Shown here: in pieces, positions 38,959 to 49,517 of the stretch
Layout: each line of letters starts with the position of its first letter
Numbering within the stretch: the first letter of the stretch is position 1
NCBI GenBank assembly: GCA_030059675.1
Contig: JANVYQ010000002.1
Span: forward strand, 128,001 to 192,000
From: Candidatus Pelearchaeum maunauluense
Lineage (GTDB): Archaea > Thermoproteota > Nitrososphaeria_A > Caldarchaeales > Caldarchaeaceae
Direction of reading: 5' to 3'
DNA: 64,000 nucleotides
Notes under the pieces: model-generated
Databases searched by the model: none
Told to the model about the DNA's origin: nothing
The model's input: only the letters and a program-made list of their open reading frames with translations
Translations under genes and position numbers: made by a program

Positions 38959-39888
38959 CTACCTAACTATGGCCTCTTCTATAGGGTTGAGAGCAGCGGC
39001 CACAGCCCCCATCAAGGGCGCTTTCTCGCCTAGTGGCGTGGGCATAATGATGGGAGGCCTATTGAGTATATAGCGCCTCAGATAGCGTACAGCCCAGTCT
39101 ATAACTAGGCTCGTGTTATTAAGCGCGACGCTACCGCCGATTGTCATAATCTCCGGGTCAAATGAGTTTATGACATTTGCAAAGCCAGCTGCGTTTATTT
39201 TAGCTACCTCTTCAAGAAGTTTGAGAGCCCTTTTATCTCTACGCCGCGCATCGGTAAAAAGCTGTTCAGGCTTTCTCCACTTCCTTGCGTATTTGCTTCC
39301 GAGGACAAGCCTCGCTAAACGTAGAAGTCCTCGCCCTGAACAGAATGATTCCCAGTGGCCATAGCCGCCGCATCCACATTTAACGTTATACTTGTAGTCC
39401 ACGACTGTGTGTCCAACTTCTGCGGCATTACCGTCCTTGCCTAGAAGGAGTGTGCCATCAACTATGGCGCCCCCACCTATACCCGTGCTTATAGTTACGT
39501 ATGCTATGTTGCGTGCTCCTCGGCCTGCTCCAAATATGCGTTCTCCGAGAACAGCGGCGTTGCAATCGTTAAGCATGACTATCAAACCGTCATGAACACG
39601 CTTCACGGCGTCACCTACGCTAACTCTAACCCCACCTATATTCGGCGCCCCCAGTATCATGCCATCCCTCGCAGATAACGGCCCAACCGAAGCTATACCG
39701 ACTGCGCGGAACTCTGAGACGCTTACCTCGGATTTGAGGATGTTTAAGCTGTTGGAGATTAGGCGCTGTATCTCATCCGCGTCGCGTGGTGTTGGGTATG
39801 TATGATATGCGAGAAGCTCTCCTGAAGGCCTAGCAGCGGCGACCCGCGTCCACGAGGCTCCTATATCAAGAGCGGCTACCAGCTCCAT
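38959..39888 (-). CDS. ROK family sugar kinase
   Basis: LDIG, NDCNAA.LGE, ISTGIGGG, EVGH, CGCG..GHWE. Confidence 0.93.
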   Translation of the reverse strand: MELVAALDIGASWTRVAAARPSGELLAYHTYPTPRDADEIQRLISNSLNILKSEVSVSEFRAVGIASVGPLSARDGMILGAPNIGGVRVSVGDAVKRVHDGLIVMLNDCNAAVLGERIFGAGRGARNIAYVTISTGIGGGAIVDGTLLLGKDGNAAEVGHTVVDYKYNVKCGCGGYGHWESFCSGRGLLRLARLVLGSKYARKWRKPEQLFTDARRRDKRALKLLEEVAKINAAGFANVINSFDPEIMTIGGSVALNNTSLVIDWAVRYLRRYILNRPPIIMPTPLGEKAPLMGAVAAALNPIEEAIVR

Positions 39889-39891
39889 GTC

Positions 39892-40620
39892 CTATCCACG
39901 TTCCCTATAAAGCTGCTCTAAAAGTGGTATCTCCCTAATCTTCCGCCGAGGAAGCAAATCCCATAGGATACCCAGCGGCCTATTTCTCTCTCCTTTAATG
40001 GCTATAGTTCGCGAGGGCGTGAATATTGCATCAACAGTAACATCGTAAGGCTCGCGCGGTATGCTTTCCACTATCTGAAGTTCATGTACGGTGGTGTGGA
40101 TTGGCGTGTCATCTGAAACCTTTCCAAATTCCCGTAGTATGCCATACTCAAGCTCGGCATATCCTTCACCCTTTCCGATTCTATCGCCGTCCTTACTTAC
40201 CGCGACCGAGCCTATGACTATGAGGTCTATATTTGGTAGCTCGCTGGGATGTGTCTTCCTGCCATAGGCGAATGCACCTTTTATAGTAGCGGCTTCCCTC
40301 AGCCCAATCCTAGGTATCTTGGATGGATGTATTAGGAGAAATCCATCACGCAGACGTGGTGTAGGCATTATGAGAATCTTATTATCCATTAAACAGCGTA
40401 GCCTGACCTCTCGTTGCGGCGAGTCTGGATTAACCTTCACAACACGAGCTGCTGCGTATTCTTTGGTGGAGCATAACTGAGCAGCAGCCCTCTCGGCGCC
40501 TTTAAAATTCGGAATCCTCCCCCTTACTGGTAGCGGAAATACGGCTACACTCTCCTCTTCCAACAGCCTCCACACATGCTCACGTATAGAGCGTTTAATT
40601 TCACGTGAATTATCATCCAT
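39892..40620 (-). CDS. 5-formyl-THF cyclo-ligase family protein (MTHFSD-like)
   Basis: [34 protein letters not shown]. Confidence 0.88.
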   Translation of the reverse strand: MDDNSREIKRSIREHVWRLLEEESVAVFPLPVRGRIPNFKGAERAAAQLCSTKEYAAARVVKVNPDSPQREVRLRCLMDNKILIMPTPRLRDGFLLIHPSKIPRIGLREAATIKGAFAYGRKTHPSELPNIDLIVIGSVAVSKDGDRIGKGEGYAELEYGILREFGKVSDDTPIHTTVHELQIVESIPREPYDVTVDAIFTPSRTIAIKGERNRPLGILWDLLPRRKIREIPLLEQLYRERG

Positions 40621-40694
40621 TCACTCCACACCCTCAGATAGATTATAGTCAAGATTGAGATTAACTTATTTCTCACCACATCACTATACCATGT

Positions 40695-41216
40695 ATGGAA
40701 TTCATCCAGGTTGTAGCTAGGCGCAGAATGGTTAGAGAATTTACAGACGAGCCGATTCCTAATGATGTTGTGATGCAGATTCTTGAAGTTGCACACCGCA
40801 GCCCTAGCGCTGGACATCTACAGCCTCAGGAGTTCATAATAGTTCGTAACGCTGAACAGAAACGAAAACTAGCACGCGCAGCTTTGAGCCAGATGTTCAT
40901 AGCCCAAGCGCCAGTTGTAATAGTGGTTTGCTCCGACACTAGGAGAAACGTCTGGCGCTATGGCAAGAGGGGGAGAGACTTCTACAGCATAATTGATGGT
41001 GCTTTTGCTTCCATGCTCATATTGCTCGCCTGTACGAATCTCGGATTGGGGGCATGTTTCGTTGGAGCGTTTGATGATGAAGAGGTATCGCGAGTCCTCA
41101 ACTTACCCTGTGAAGTGAGGCCAATAGGGATAATCCCAATAGGAAAATCAGCCAAAAAGCCTGAGAAGCTCGGCAGAAGACCCTTAAAAGAAATCATACA
41201 CTACGAGCAGTGGTAG
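40695..41216 (+). CDS. Nitroreductase family protein
   Basis: RRMVREF, PSAGHLQP, GLGACFVGAF. Confidence 0.92.
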   Translation: MEFIQVVARRRMVREFTDEPIPNDVVMQILEVAHRSPSAGHLQPQEFIIVRNAEQKRKLARAALSQMFIAQAPVVIVVCSDTRRNVWRYGKRGRDFYSIIDGAFASMLILLACTNLGLGACFVGAFDDEEVSRVLNLPCEVRPIGIIPIGKSAKKPEKLGRRPLKEIIHYEQW

Positions 41217-41955
41217 CCCCTAAATCCAGCCCCTCCAGTACTTTACTAAAAGTAACGGCGGAAGGTGAGTGCTTATACTTACGAAGTACCTCATTTAAAT
41301 CCCCTTTATGCTGAAACCCAAGTCCAAAACGCGACGTTACTAGCCTAATATAGGAAGCCAACTGTGTCACATTCCGAGGTTTTCTACGGATGGAAGAATG
41401 GCTAAAATCCACTATAACCGCATTACCCTCCTGAGTTACTATAACATGTTTTGAAGCATCACTTAGCTGGCCATGGTCCAAACCACCAATATCAAGAATA
41501 AAGCATTGAACTAAAAGATGACCGAATATTTGACGGAGCTTATTAAGTGGATGTTGTATTGATATGAATGAAGATAGGTTCTCTCCCTTAATGTATTCCA
41601 TTAATAATATATCGTCATTCCATTCTATGAGTTTAGGGCCTATACATAGCTTGTTGGCATGGGTTTGCATACTTGCTTCGTGCTGAAAACTTGATACTGA
41701 AGCATCTGTTCTCCTAAGCTTTACAACATGCTCAACACCGTTTGCTTTACATAGGAAGACAAGGCCTCTACCTCCTTTGCCTACTAATGTTGGCGAAAGT
41801 CTTCCCTTATCATCAGCATTAAGATACAACGCTTCAACACCCATAATGCGGAGCTTCTCAATACGTTCAATAATGGGCTTCCTAGAGCCATCAGGATAAG
41901 CCATTAACGAGAAATCAATATCATCAAGCTTATCTAAGGCTTCATCAATTTCCAT
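41194..41955 (-). CDS. Atypical Ser/Thr protein kinase (COG2112-like)
   Basis: GKGGRGLV, VKLRR.D, E, GP, HGQL, IVDF; ATG overlaps cca stop (TAATG). Confidence 0.8.
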   Translation of the reverse strand: MEIDEALDKLDDIDFSLMAYPDGSRKPIIERIEKLRIMGVEALYLNADDKGRLSPTLVGKGGRGLVFLCKANGVEHVVKLRRTDASVSSFQHEASMQTHANKLCIGPKLIEWNDDILLMEYIKGENLSSFISIQHPLNKLRQIFGHLLVQCFILDIGGLDHGQLSDASKHVIVTQEGNAVIVDFSHSSIRRKPRNVTQLASYIRLVTSRFGLGFQHKGDLNEVLRKYKHSPSAVTFSKVLEGLDLGATTARSV

Positions 41956-43364
41956 TATTGTTCTTGGAGAAGGCTTGGACGACCACATAAAAATCTCCTC
42001 ACAAACGTCATTAGGTCTTTTTCCTCATTCACCAGCCTATACAACTCCTCAAGGTTTGTAATTATCTTACATTCATCAAATTCTTTCTTAAGACCGTGAG
42101 CTATCTTAATCTCACCGCTGGTTAGCATCTTCCTAAGTATTTCATCAACCTTCACTTCTTCACGACGCTTAACTACATACAACCTATCTCCCCATATCCA
42201 CGGACCAGCAACACTGGTTTTACTTCCTAAGTGCCTATCAATGAAGTTAAGCGCCTGCTCACGATAAACCTCTGGTCCTTGATGTAGATATATTCTGGGT
42301 AGCTCGTTACTTGCCAACTCATACATGATTACAGCTTTATTCTTCTCGTCACTCCAAACATCCCACCGCCAGACTTCAATTTTCTTATTTACTAATGCCC
42401 TCTCAATACCGCGGGCAGAGCTTTTCAGCTCACCCCAGATAACATCAGGAGGCTTATCTCTCTTCAGCGGTAGGAGAATAATGAGAAATGAACGGCCAGC
42501 AACTTCGCTAACGTTTATTATGTTATTGATTGTTATGAAGAATTTTATAGAAGGTTTTCTGGTAAAAAGCTTGGCTAATAGTATAAACTCTGCCAGCTTT
42601 TGGCGCGTTATTGCTGAAGCAACATTCCGCAAATAATCTACTGGGTCGGGAACTATTAGGGGGGAGTTTGGGAATAGTTTAAGTAATTCATTTCTAGTGG
42701 GCATGTCTTCTTCAATTCTAACAACTACTGGCGGTTTCCACCTTACTACACTATTGAGAAGGTTCTGTAGCGTTTCAAACTTGATTATGAGTAGCTCGCA
42801 TAGGTAGCCGCTGAAGCCTCCAATCCTTATCTCTGCTCCATATAGATTTGCAGCCTTGAGCAGCGCTTTAAGAAGCCTAACTTCATCACGCTGTCTAGCA
42901 GAGATGCGTGATTTAACATAAAGCGTGTGGTAAGGAGTTCTATCAACGGCAGATATTATCCGCGTGGGCTCCACATGATAGCATGGTACTATATTTATGC
43001 GCACATTATCTATGAAGCCCTCTACGTATGGATGCTCAGCATGTCTCAGTCTAAAGCTGCCTCCTAAACCCGTAATAACTCTACGGCCTGCTTCTAAAGC
43101 TTCCTTCTCCAGAATTTCGCGTTTAGTCTCAGGGCTATACTGTATAAATATGTCTATTTCAGGACTGTTACGAAGCCATGTCCCCTTGGCGAAAGAACCC
43201 TCAACACTTACGTTAATGATGTTGCTGCCCTTCAAAAATTCTCTAAGTGCCGCGCTAAGATCCTCAGCCAGCTCTGATAACTTAGCCTCCTCAGCAGAAC
43301 TAGGCTTAATACCCGACAAAACCTCTTCCAATACTCGCTGAATATCAGAGGACATTGCCACCAT
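41955..43364 (-). CDS. cca: Class I CCA-adding enzyme
   Basis: GSFAKGTWL...EIDIF, AEHPY, SAVDRT, GFSGYLCE. Confidence 0.96.
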   Translation of the reverse strand: MVAMSSDIQRVLEEVLSGIKPSSAEEAKLSELAEDLSAALREFLKGSNIINVSVEGSFAKGTWLRNSPEIDIFIQYSPETKREILEKEALEAGRRVITGLGGSFRLRHAEHPYVEGFIDNVRINIVPCYHVEPTRIISAVDRTPYHTLYVKSRISARQRDEVRLLKALLKAANLYGAEIRIGGFSGYLCELLIIKFETLQNLLNSVVRWKPPVVVRIEEDMPTRNELLKLFPNSPLIVPDPVDYLRNVASAITRQKLAEFILLAKLFTRKPSIKFFITINNIINVSEVAGRSFLIILLPLKRDKPPDVIWGELKSSARGIERALVNKKIEVWRWDVWSDEKNKAVIMYELASNELPRIYLHQGPEVYREQALNFIDRHLGSKTSVAGPWIWGDRLYVVKRREEVKVDEILRKMLTSGEIKIAHGLKKEFDECKIITNLEELYRLVNEEKDLMTFVRRFLCGRPSLLQEQ

Positions 43365-43917
43365 GCTTTAGTAAATCCGAGTATATAGGCCCACTGGGCG
43401 TTAAGACGCTCTTCTTCAAGCATATGTATTCTATTTTCTGCGTTCCATAGTCTTCGGACTGGTGTTCTGAAATTAGCTGTATAAGCCTTTGCTTTTCTCT
43501 GACGCTCTTTACACGGGCTATTGTGAGGTGTGGTGTAAAACGTTCTTTTTGAAAGCCGAGATTTGCCAACCTTGTCTGGAGCTCCTCCCCCACCCGCGTG
43601 AGAGACCCGCTTTGGTCTTCAACCCCTATCCATACAACATTAACCCTTCCACCGCCTGGAAAATAGCCTAATCCACGTAGCCTAATCTCAAAGGTATTGA
43701 AACTAATGCTCCGCATAGCTTCTTTAACCTGCTCAATCTTTGACTGGGCGATTTCACCTAGAAATTTTAACGTGAGATGAAGATTCTCAGGTTCAACCAT
43801 CTTCATAACGGCTGTTCTAGATGATTCTAACATTCCTTGGGTAAGGCGGATTTTCTCCACTATTGATGGTTCATTTACATCCACTGCAACAAACGCTCTT
43901 ATTAGATTCTTTGACAA
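43345..43917 (-). CDS. thpR: RNA 2',3'-cyclic phosphodiesterase (2H family)
   Basis: RAFVA, HLTLKFLG, PHLTIAR, SVLTPSGPIY. Confidence 0.94.
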   Translation of the reverse strand: MSKNLIRAFVAVDVNEPSIVEKIRLTQGMLESSRTAVMKMVEPENLHLTLKFLGEIAQSKIEQVKEAMRSISFNTFEIRLRGLGYFPGGGRVNVVWIGVEDQSGSLTRVGEELQTRLANLGFQKERFTPHLTIARVKSVREKQRLIQLISEHQSEDYGTQKIEYICLKKSVLTPSGPIYSDLLKHGGNVL

Positions 43918-43921
43918 GCCT

Positions 43922-44605
43922 CTAACCCACCCTTATTCTAAGAGCTTTTTCCCTGCGCCTTATTAGGTCATTAGCTATTTTATCAGCGTTACCTTTGAGT
44001 GCTCCATCGCGGTTTTCAACCCATATAACCTTCTCAGGGTTCATGTTTTTAAATTCTTCATAGAGTTTCAGAGCCTTGTTCTGGAGTTGTGTATCCAGCT
44101 CATATGTAATGTCTGGCCGTTCTTGTTTTGCGCTGAGTCTTCTCAGTCGTGTCTCCTCATCTACTACTACGACAATATATGCGTCGGGTTTTATGAATAT
44201 TTTACTGCCTAGCTTCTCCACTAGGTTTAGAAAGTTTTTCAACTCAATGCTGCTTAATGGTGTGTTTGTTCTTTTTTCAATTAGGGCAAGCCCGTAGATG
44301 ATGGAGCATAGGTAATACCTGTCTATAAAGTAGAATGACGGCTTGTCATGTTCTATGGCGTTGGACATGGTTGTGCTGTCGTCTGATGTGTTGGCGAGAA
44401 ATAGGAACATCCTGGTTAAGGGGTCTATCATGGCCGAGTTTCCTACTATTTTTGCTATCCTGCCAGTGGCCGTGTCGCTGGGTGTCTTATAACGTCCTAC
44501 ACGATATCCTCTCTTCTCTAGAATCTTAGAAACCTCCTCAAGTAGGGTTGTCTTCCCAGCCCCATCTATCCCCTCCCAAACGACCACAAACGTGTAGCTA
44601 AGCAT
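43922..44605 (-). CDS. tmk: Thymidylate kinase family
   Basis: EGIDGAGKTT, IDRY, PD. Confidence 0.85.
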   Translation of the reverse strand: MLSYTFVVVWEGIDGAGKTTLLEEVSKILEKRGYRVGRYKTPSDTATGRIAKIVGNSAMIDPLTRMFLFLANTSDDSTTMSNAIEHDKPSFYFIDRYYLCSIIYGLALIEKRTNTPLSSIELKNFLNLVEKLGSKIFIKPDAYIVVVVDEETRLRRLSAKQERPDITYELDTQLQNKALKLYEEFKNMNPEKVIWVENRDGALKGNADKIANDLIRRREKALRIRVG

Positions 44606-44710
44606 TCCCAGCGCAATAGCTGCGTGTCTCTATTAAGCATATACCCAGCATACCCAGCCAAACAAAAATTAATAGCGCACTAGATACAAGAATACTATGG
44701 TGATAGGTTA

Positions 44711-45130
44711 TTGCCCATAACGGTTAGGGTAAGAGATGTGATGGACCAAAACGTAATATCCGTAGAGGCGGATAAGAGCGTTAGCGATGCTATTAAAAAA
44801 ATGCTCCAATCAGGTGTATGGTCGTTGGTGGTTGAGAAAGATGGCCTCCCTATAGGTGTTGTAACGGAGAGAGATACTCTAAGGCGCTGTATAAGCAAGG
44901 GGCTAAATCCAGATAAAGTTAAGGTGGAGGAGATAATGAGCTCGCCTCTAATAACTATAGGGCCAGACGCCACTCTAGGCGAGGCTATGATGAGGATGGT
45001 TGAGAAGAAGATTAGGCGCTTATACGTCGTTGAACACGGTAAGATAATAGGAAGAATAACCCAGACAGGGCTCTTCGAGAATATGCTAAATATAATGATG
45101 GCACTTTCAACAGTGCCCTACCAGCTCTAG
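44711..45130 (+). CDS. CBS-pair protein
   Basis: Two CBS repeats; GVVTERD. Confidence 0.92.
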   Translation: MPITVRVRDVMDQNVISVEADKSVSDAIKKMLQSGVWSLVVEKDGLPIGVVTERDTLRRCISKGLNPDKVKVEEIMSSPLITIGPDATLGEAMMRMVEKKIRRLYVVEHGKIIGRITQTGLFENMLNIMMALSTVPYQL

Positions 45131-45547
45131 TGAGATGAGCGAACCGCGAAATAGATAAATGGATAAATTTAGCCTGTTAAGCTAGACAGTTCGGTATGGG
45201 AATAGCATTAGAGGTACCTTAGTTTAAGTTAAACGAACTCTTGACGGAATTAGAACGACTGGGTTGGAGCAGGTCTCCAAGTGGTGACGAAACGTATAGA
45301 GAGAAAGTGGTTGATAAGTGGATTTGGAGCGGTTTATACGAGCGTTCAGAAGGCTATATTATATATTCAAAAGTTATGTTGAAGGATATCAAGATGAGGA
45401 ATATGCGTCACATCACAGAAAGGGTGTTCGGTTGTTAGAGAATGAAGTCTTAAAAGTAGCTAACAAATTGGAGTTACGGATGATATCTAGCAGACTTTTA
45501 GATTAAATACCTTGTTAACACTATAATCGTAAATAAATCATCTCTCG

Positions 45548-45946
45548 TTAGCTTTTAGTACCTGCTACCTTCACTCCCCATATGCTCTCATACAGTTTGA
45601 CTATGGAGATATAATCTAGTTCGCTCAACCCCATGGCCTTGCACTCCGTGAAAAGGTCCCTTACAGTACTAGCTATAGGCGTAGGGAACCCTAGCTCCTC
45701 AGCTATCTCCATAGCTAGCTGTATGTCCTTGAGCGTCAGGTCCACTGTGAAGTGTCGTTTGAAATCGGCTTTCAGGACTTTCTCGCTCTTGTTCTCGATC
45801 ACATAGTTGTTAAAGACTGTCGTCTTCCATATGTCTATAGCTTTACCTGGGTCAACGTCTGCCTTAGCCATGAATGAGAGGATCTCTGCGAAGCTAGCTG
45901 CCATCATCCAAAGGTAAAGGTTCAACAAGATCTTGACTACTGAGTA
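45548..45946 (-). pseudogene. C-terminal fragment of a beta-hydroxyacid (HIBADH-family) dehydrogenase
   Basis: VKILLN...AE...FTVDLTLKDIQLA...DYISI; N-terminal Rossmann domain absent. Confidence 0.75.
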
Positions 45947-45947
45947 A

Positions 45948-46208
45948 GAAGTTGTTGGCTTTGTAAGACGATGGAGTAGGGTGGCTACACAAGAGGTAGC
46001 GTCCCTGCTCGATATAACGAAGGATGAAGCGTATGAGATGCTGAAGTCGATAAGTAGCAAAGGTCTAGTTTATAGTATGAAAGCAGGAAACGATTACTTC
46101 TGGCTAGCAAAGATGAAAACATCCTGCGATCCTGAGAACGGGAGTATGCAACGCTCAGTTGTAGAAGGACCCCCTCCAGAGGCAAAGAACGAAGATCACC
46201 TAACGTAG
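45948..46208 (+). pseudogene. Winged-helix fragment resembling the C-terminus of YjbH/SpxH-like DsbA-family proteins
   Basis: FVRRWSRVATQEVASLL...GLV...GNDYFW; no convincing N-terminus. Confidence 0.45.
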
Positions 46209-46235
46209 ATGATGCCGAAACCTAGAGGTGATAAC

Positions 46236-46587
46236 ATGTCAGTTCCATGGCCTCTAAACTACACAAAACAAAGGACGATGAAAATAACTACGAAAGGCAG
46301 GAAGACAAGAAAGCACCATACTGTAACAGTATGGTTCGGAGTTGACGACGAAGGAAGGCTGTTCGTGTCTTCTTTGAGGAATAGAGACTGGTTAAGAACA
46401 TATAGCTAACCCCGAGGTTGAGGTCACAATAAAAGGGATAACACGTAGGATTAGGGCCGTAGTGGCTGAATCCGAGGAGGATAAGCAGCTTATACGAAAT
46501 ATTTGGAGGAAGAAATATGGAATAATGGCTAGGATTATGCGGTTGCCTAGGGAAGATGGAATTAGCTTCGAGCTTAAGGAGGCGTAG
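46236..46587 (+). pseudogene. Deazaflavin (F420)-dependent oxidoreductase family, frameshifted at about 46392-46405
   Basis: ITTKGRKT...VWF...RDW, then +1 frame ANPEVEV...WRKKYG to TAG 46585-46587. Confidence 0.75.
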
Positions 46588-46590
46588 CCC

Positions 46591-47166
46591 TTGCTCAGCT
46601 TCTGGGACATGGCATACCTAACAGGCCTAGCTCCGTGGGATAGCGGTGAACCGCTAAGAGAGCTAGTTGAAATGGTTAAAAGAGGAATGATAAAGCCATC
46701 TAAGGTACTAGATATAGGGTGCGGTACTGGGTCTAATGTGGTTTTTCTCGCCTCAAAGGGATTTGAGACACATGGGCTAGATATATCTAGGGTAGCCCTA
46801 GCGAAGGCCAGCAAGAGAGCAGCTGCTAAAGGCGTTAAATGCTTTCTCCACCATCTCGATTTCAGGGACGCAGATAAAGTCAGCAAATTAGGCGATTTCG
46901 ACCTAGCTATAGACGTTGGATGCTACCATAGTCTACCGAATGGAGCGGACAGGCTACGCTACATCAACTCGCTAAACAAGGTGCTGAGGAAAGGTGGAGA
47001 ATACTTCCTATGGTGTTTCGTGAGGGGTAAATCCTTTAGCTGGGGACCGCCAGGAGTATATGAGAATGAAATAGAACAGAACTATAGAGAACGCTATGAT
47101 ATACTTGAGAGTCACAGGATTAACACACCATTCAGAGATATGCTCTTTACCACATGCGTAAGGTGA
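46591..47166 (+). CDS. Class I SAM-dependent methyltransferase
   Basis: PWD, VLDIGCGTG, GLDIS, DVGCYH. Confidence 0.88.
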   Translation: MLSFWDMAYLTGLAPWDSGEPLRELVEMVKRGMIKPSKVLDIGCGTGSNVVFLASKGFETHGLDISRVALAKASKRAAAKGVKCFLHHLDFRDADKVSKLGDFDLAIDVGCYHSLPNGADRLRYINSLNKVLRKGGEYFLWCFVRGKSFSWGPPGVYENEIEQNYRERYDILESHRINTPFRDMLFTTCVR

Positions 47167-47176
47167 GTTAGAATAG

Positions 47177-47863
47177 ATGAAGGTTACCGTCGAGTTCTTC
47201 CACGACGTGTTATGTGCTTAGTGTTATTGCCTATTTCCCCGCATGAGGAGAATAGTTGCTAAATTTCCTCAAGTTGAGGTAGTTCACAGGTGTTTTGCCC
47301 TGGCACCTGAGCCCGATAGCGTAGCGAGGATATTCGGTAGCAAGGAAAGGGGCAAGAAAGAGATAATGCGACATTGGAGGGCTGCAAATATGAACGACGA
47401 TGAGCATAGGATAAATGCGGACCTTATGGAGAGCAGAGAGTTTGACTATCCGTACTCTATGCCGGGTCTGAAGGCGTGTAAAGCAGCCGAAATCCACAGG
47501 GGGCAGTTAGGACACTGGGATATGTTCGACAGGGTACAGAAGGCCCATCTCACTGAGTGCAGTAACATATCGGAAACTAGAGTTCTAGTAAACTGCGCAA
47601 TTGATATAGGCCTAGACGTTAATAGGTTCGTTAACGACCTCAACAGCGAGAGAGTTAGTTACATGGTTTGGAGGGATATAGAGGAGGCTAGGAAGCTAAA
47701 TATATACGCCGTCCCAACCCCAGTTATAAACAGGAGATATATCGTACAAGGAGCAATTAACACGAGTATCTTAGAACTTATCTTTGAACAGCTCGTGGAG
47801 ACGGGTGAGGTGCTAACACCGTTCTCCGGCGTTGTAGCTATTTTAAAAGGTGGTAAGGCGTGA
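47177..47863 (+). pseudogene. DsbA/FrnE-family thiol oxidoreductase with TAG inside the CxxC motif
   Basis: ATG 47177: MKVTVEFFHDVLCA*CY (TAG 47219-47221 where Trp is typical), in frame with the 206-aa track ORF; VPT motif. Confidence 0.85.
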
Positions 47864-48094
47864 CGCATTATCTAGCTAAAGCAAAGCCCATTAACGGTAA
47901 ATTCGACGAATTTTATTTGGATTTTTGTTTGATTGTTGTCAAGATGGGGAGACGAAAGACCTTTTAACCAGAAGAAGCATACTTCATTAGCAGCTAAGCC
48001 AAAGCCCTTCTAACGAGATAGTTGGGGAGGGCTTGATGGGAATAATATAGAATTATCCCAAAAAGGATTTGTCATAGAACTAGTTGCTATGTTA

Positions 48095-48587
48095 TCATAC
48101 TCCAATCCTCAGCATTACTACTAACAAGATAACTATTACGCCGAGGATTATGTTTATCTCCGACATTACTTTTATGTTCTTTTGAGCTTTCTGAGCGTAT
48201 TCAGGAGAAGCACCTTTAGCAAGCTTTAGACTCATCTTGGTTATAGCTAATCCGATTACAACCATAATTAGAAATATTGACATTTTAGCAAGTAATATTA
48301 AGCCATATGTGATTGTTAATAGGACACTGAGCGTCAGGGCACCCAATAATTAGCTTTAATTAAGCCCGTTATCGCTACAAGTATAATCGCTCCCCAGACT
48401 AGGGGCATGAAACGCTTCACAAGGGCCTGATTAATTAGTCTAGCTTGTTCTAGCGAACGATTACTAACTGGGTTAACCGGCTTAAGAGCCGGCTGTAAGA
48501 TCACATCAAAGAATATTGCACCATCCATCCAAAAATAACCGCTATCAGATGCAACCAGCCGAGTATTAGATTGATAAAATCGACCAA
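48095..48587 (-). pseudogene. CopD/DUF4149-like membrane protein with two frameshifts
   Basis: WLHLIAVIF / MDGAIFF...ITG / YGLILLAK pieces in three frames; AAGGAG SD before TTG 48587. Confidence 0.7.
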
Positions 48588-48601
48588 GCCTATCTCCTTA
48601 A

Positions 48602-48860
48602 GTGGTAAGTTTAGCAATGGTGGCTTCATCAACGAAGCATATGAACTCTGCGGAAAGTTATAAGCGCGTAATGGATTACTACGCATACGTAGCTAGAAAC
48701 GACTTGGCGGTAGTTACCGCACAAACCGATGTAAAAGGCGATAGGTCGAAAAGACCTCATGAGCAGGTAGACCCTGCTCTTTACTTAAAGGTAGATGAGG
48801 TCACCGATGAGGACATAGTGGTTTCAGGGGCCAGGGCTCACACGACCCAAAGCATTGCAG
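48602..48860 (+). pseudogene. Internal fragment of 4-hydroxyphenylacetate 3-hydroxylase/4-hydroxybutyryl-CoA dehydratase family
   Basis: AQTDVKGDRSKRPHEQ.DP.LY...IVVSGA.AHTT; only about 85 aa of a protein usually near 480 aa. Confidence 0.8.
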
Positions 48861-49450
48861 TGGATCTCAGGCGCGTTGCACTGATAAACGCAGCTAGAAA
48901 CTGTTATCTTATGCTTCCTCGGGAGATTCGAGTACTTCCTATTGCCGTATATGTAATTTGCTATTTCGTAAACTGTCGGTCTAGTATCGAACAACTCCTC
49001 CGGGTTTACTCCAGCTAACGGGTAGCCTGTTACATTTCTAACTACATCACCACACCCACCAGCGGTAGTCAGCCCACCCTCCGACAGAAGAGAGAAGACC
49101 TCAGGTACGTCCTCCATCCTTATCCAATGGAGCTGTATGTTCTGCCTATTCGCTATCTCCGCGTAACCCCTACCGAAGTGCTCCGATATCTCACCTATAA
49201 CCCGTGCCTGCTCTGGTTTCAGAATTCCGTTTGGTATCTTTATTCTCATCATGAAGTACCCTAACCTCGGCTTGTCGTGATAAAGTCCCCACCATTGAAG
49301 CCTCACCATGTCTTCTTCCGCTACAGCCTCGTAACCTCTCTCCATCAGCTCTAGAACTTCGTCTAAGACGTCTAAAGGGGGAACTTCTCGGCCTTCATTC
49401 TCTCTAGGGTTTCGCCTTATTACTTCCTCGTAGCTAGGCTCGCTAGACAT
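48850..49450 (-). pseudogene. N-terminal part of a ferredoxin nitrite/sulfite reductase, truncated
   Basis: RLQWWGLY, FMMRIKIPNG, RQNIQLHW, GDVVRNV, NLPRK; siroheme/4Fe-4S C-terminal half missing. Confidence 0.85.
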
Positions 49451-49487
49451 GGCTTTTTAAATCACCTGTTACTGTCCCCCTATTATC

Positions 49488-49497
49488 TTTATATAAA
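49488..49497. promoter_or_regulatory. Palindromic TATA box TTTATATAAA between divergent genes
   Basis: Seen directly; 20 bp before ATT 49518. Confidence 0.55.
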
Positions 49498-49517
49498 TCT
49501 AATCCAATAGCACTCTT

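Noticed and set aside
45241-45506. Two short overlapping ORFs at the island edge (also 47860-47994)
   Set aside because: Possibly frameshifted remnants, but no family could be recognised
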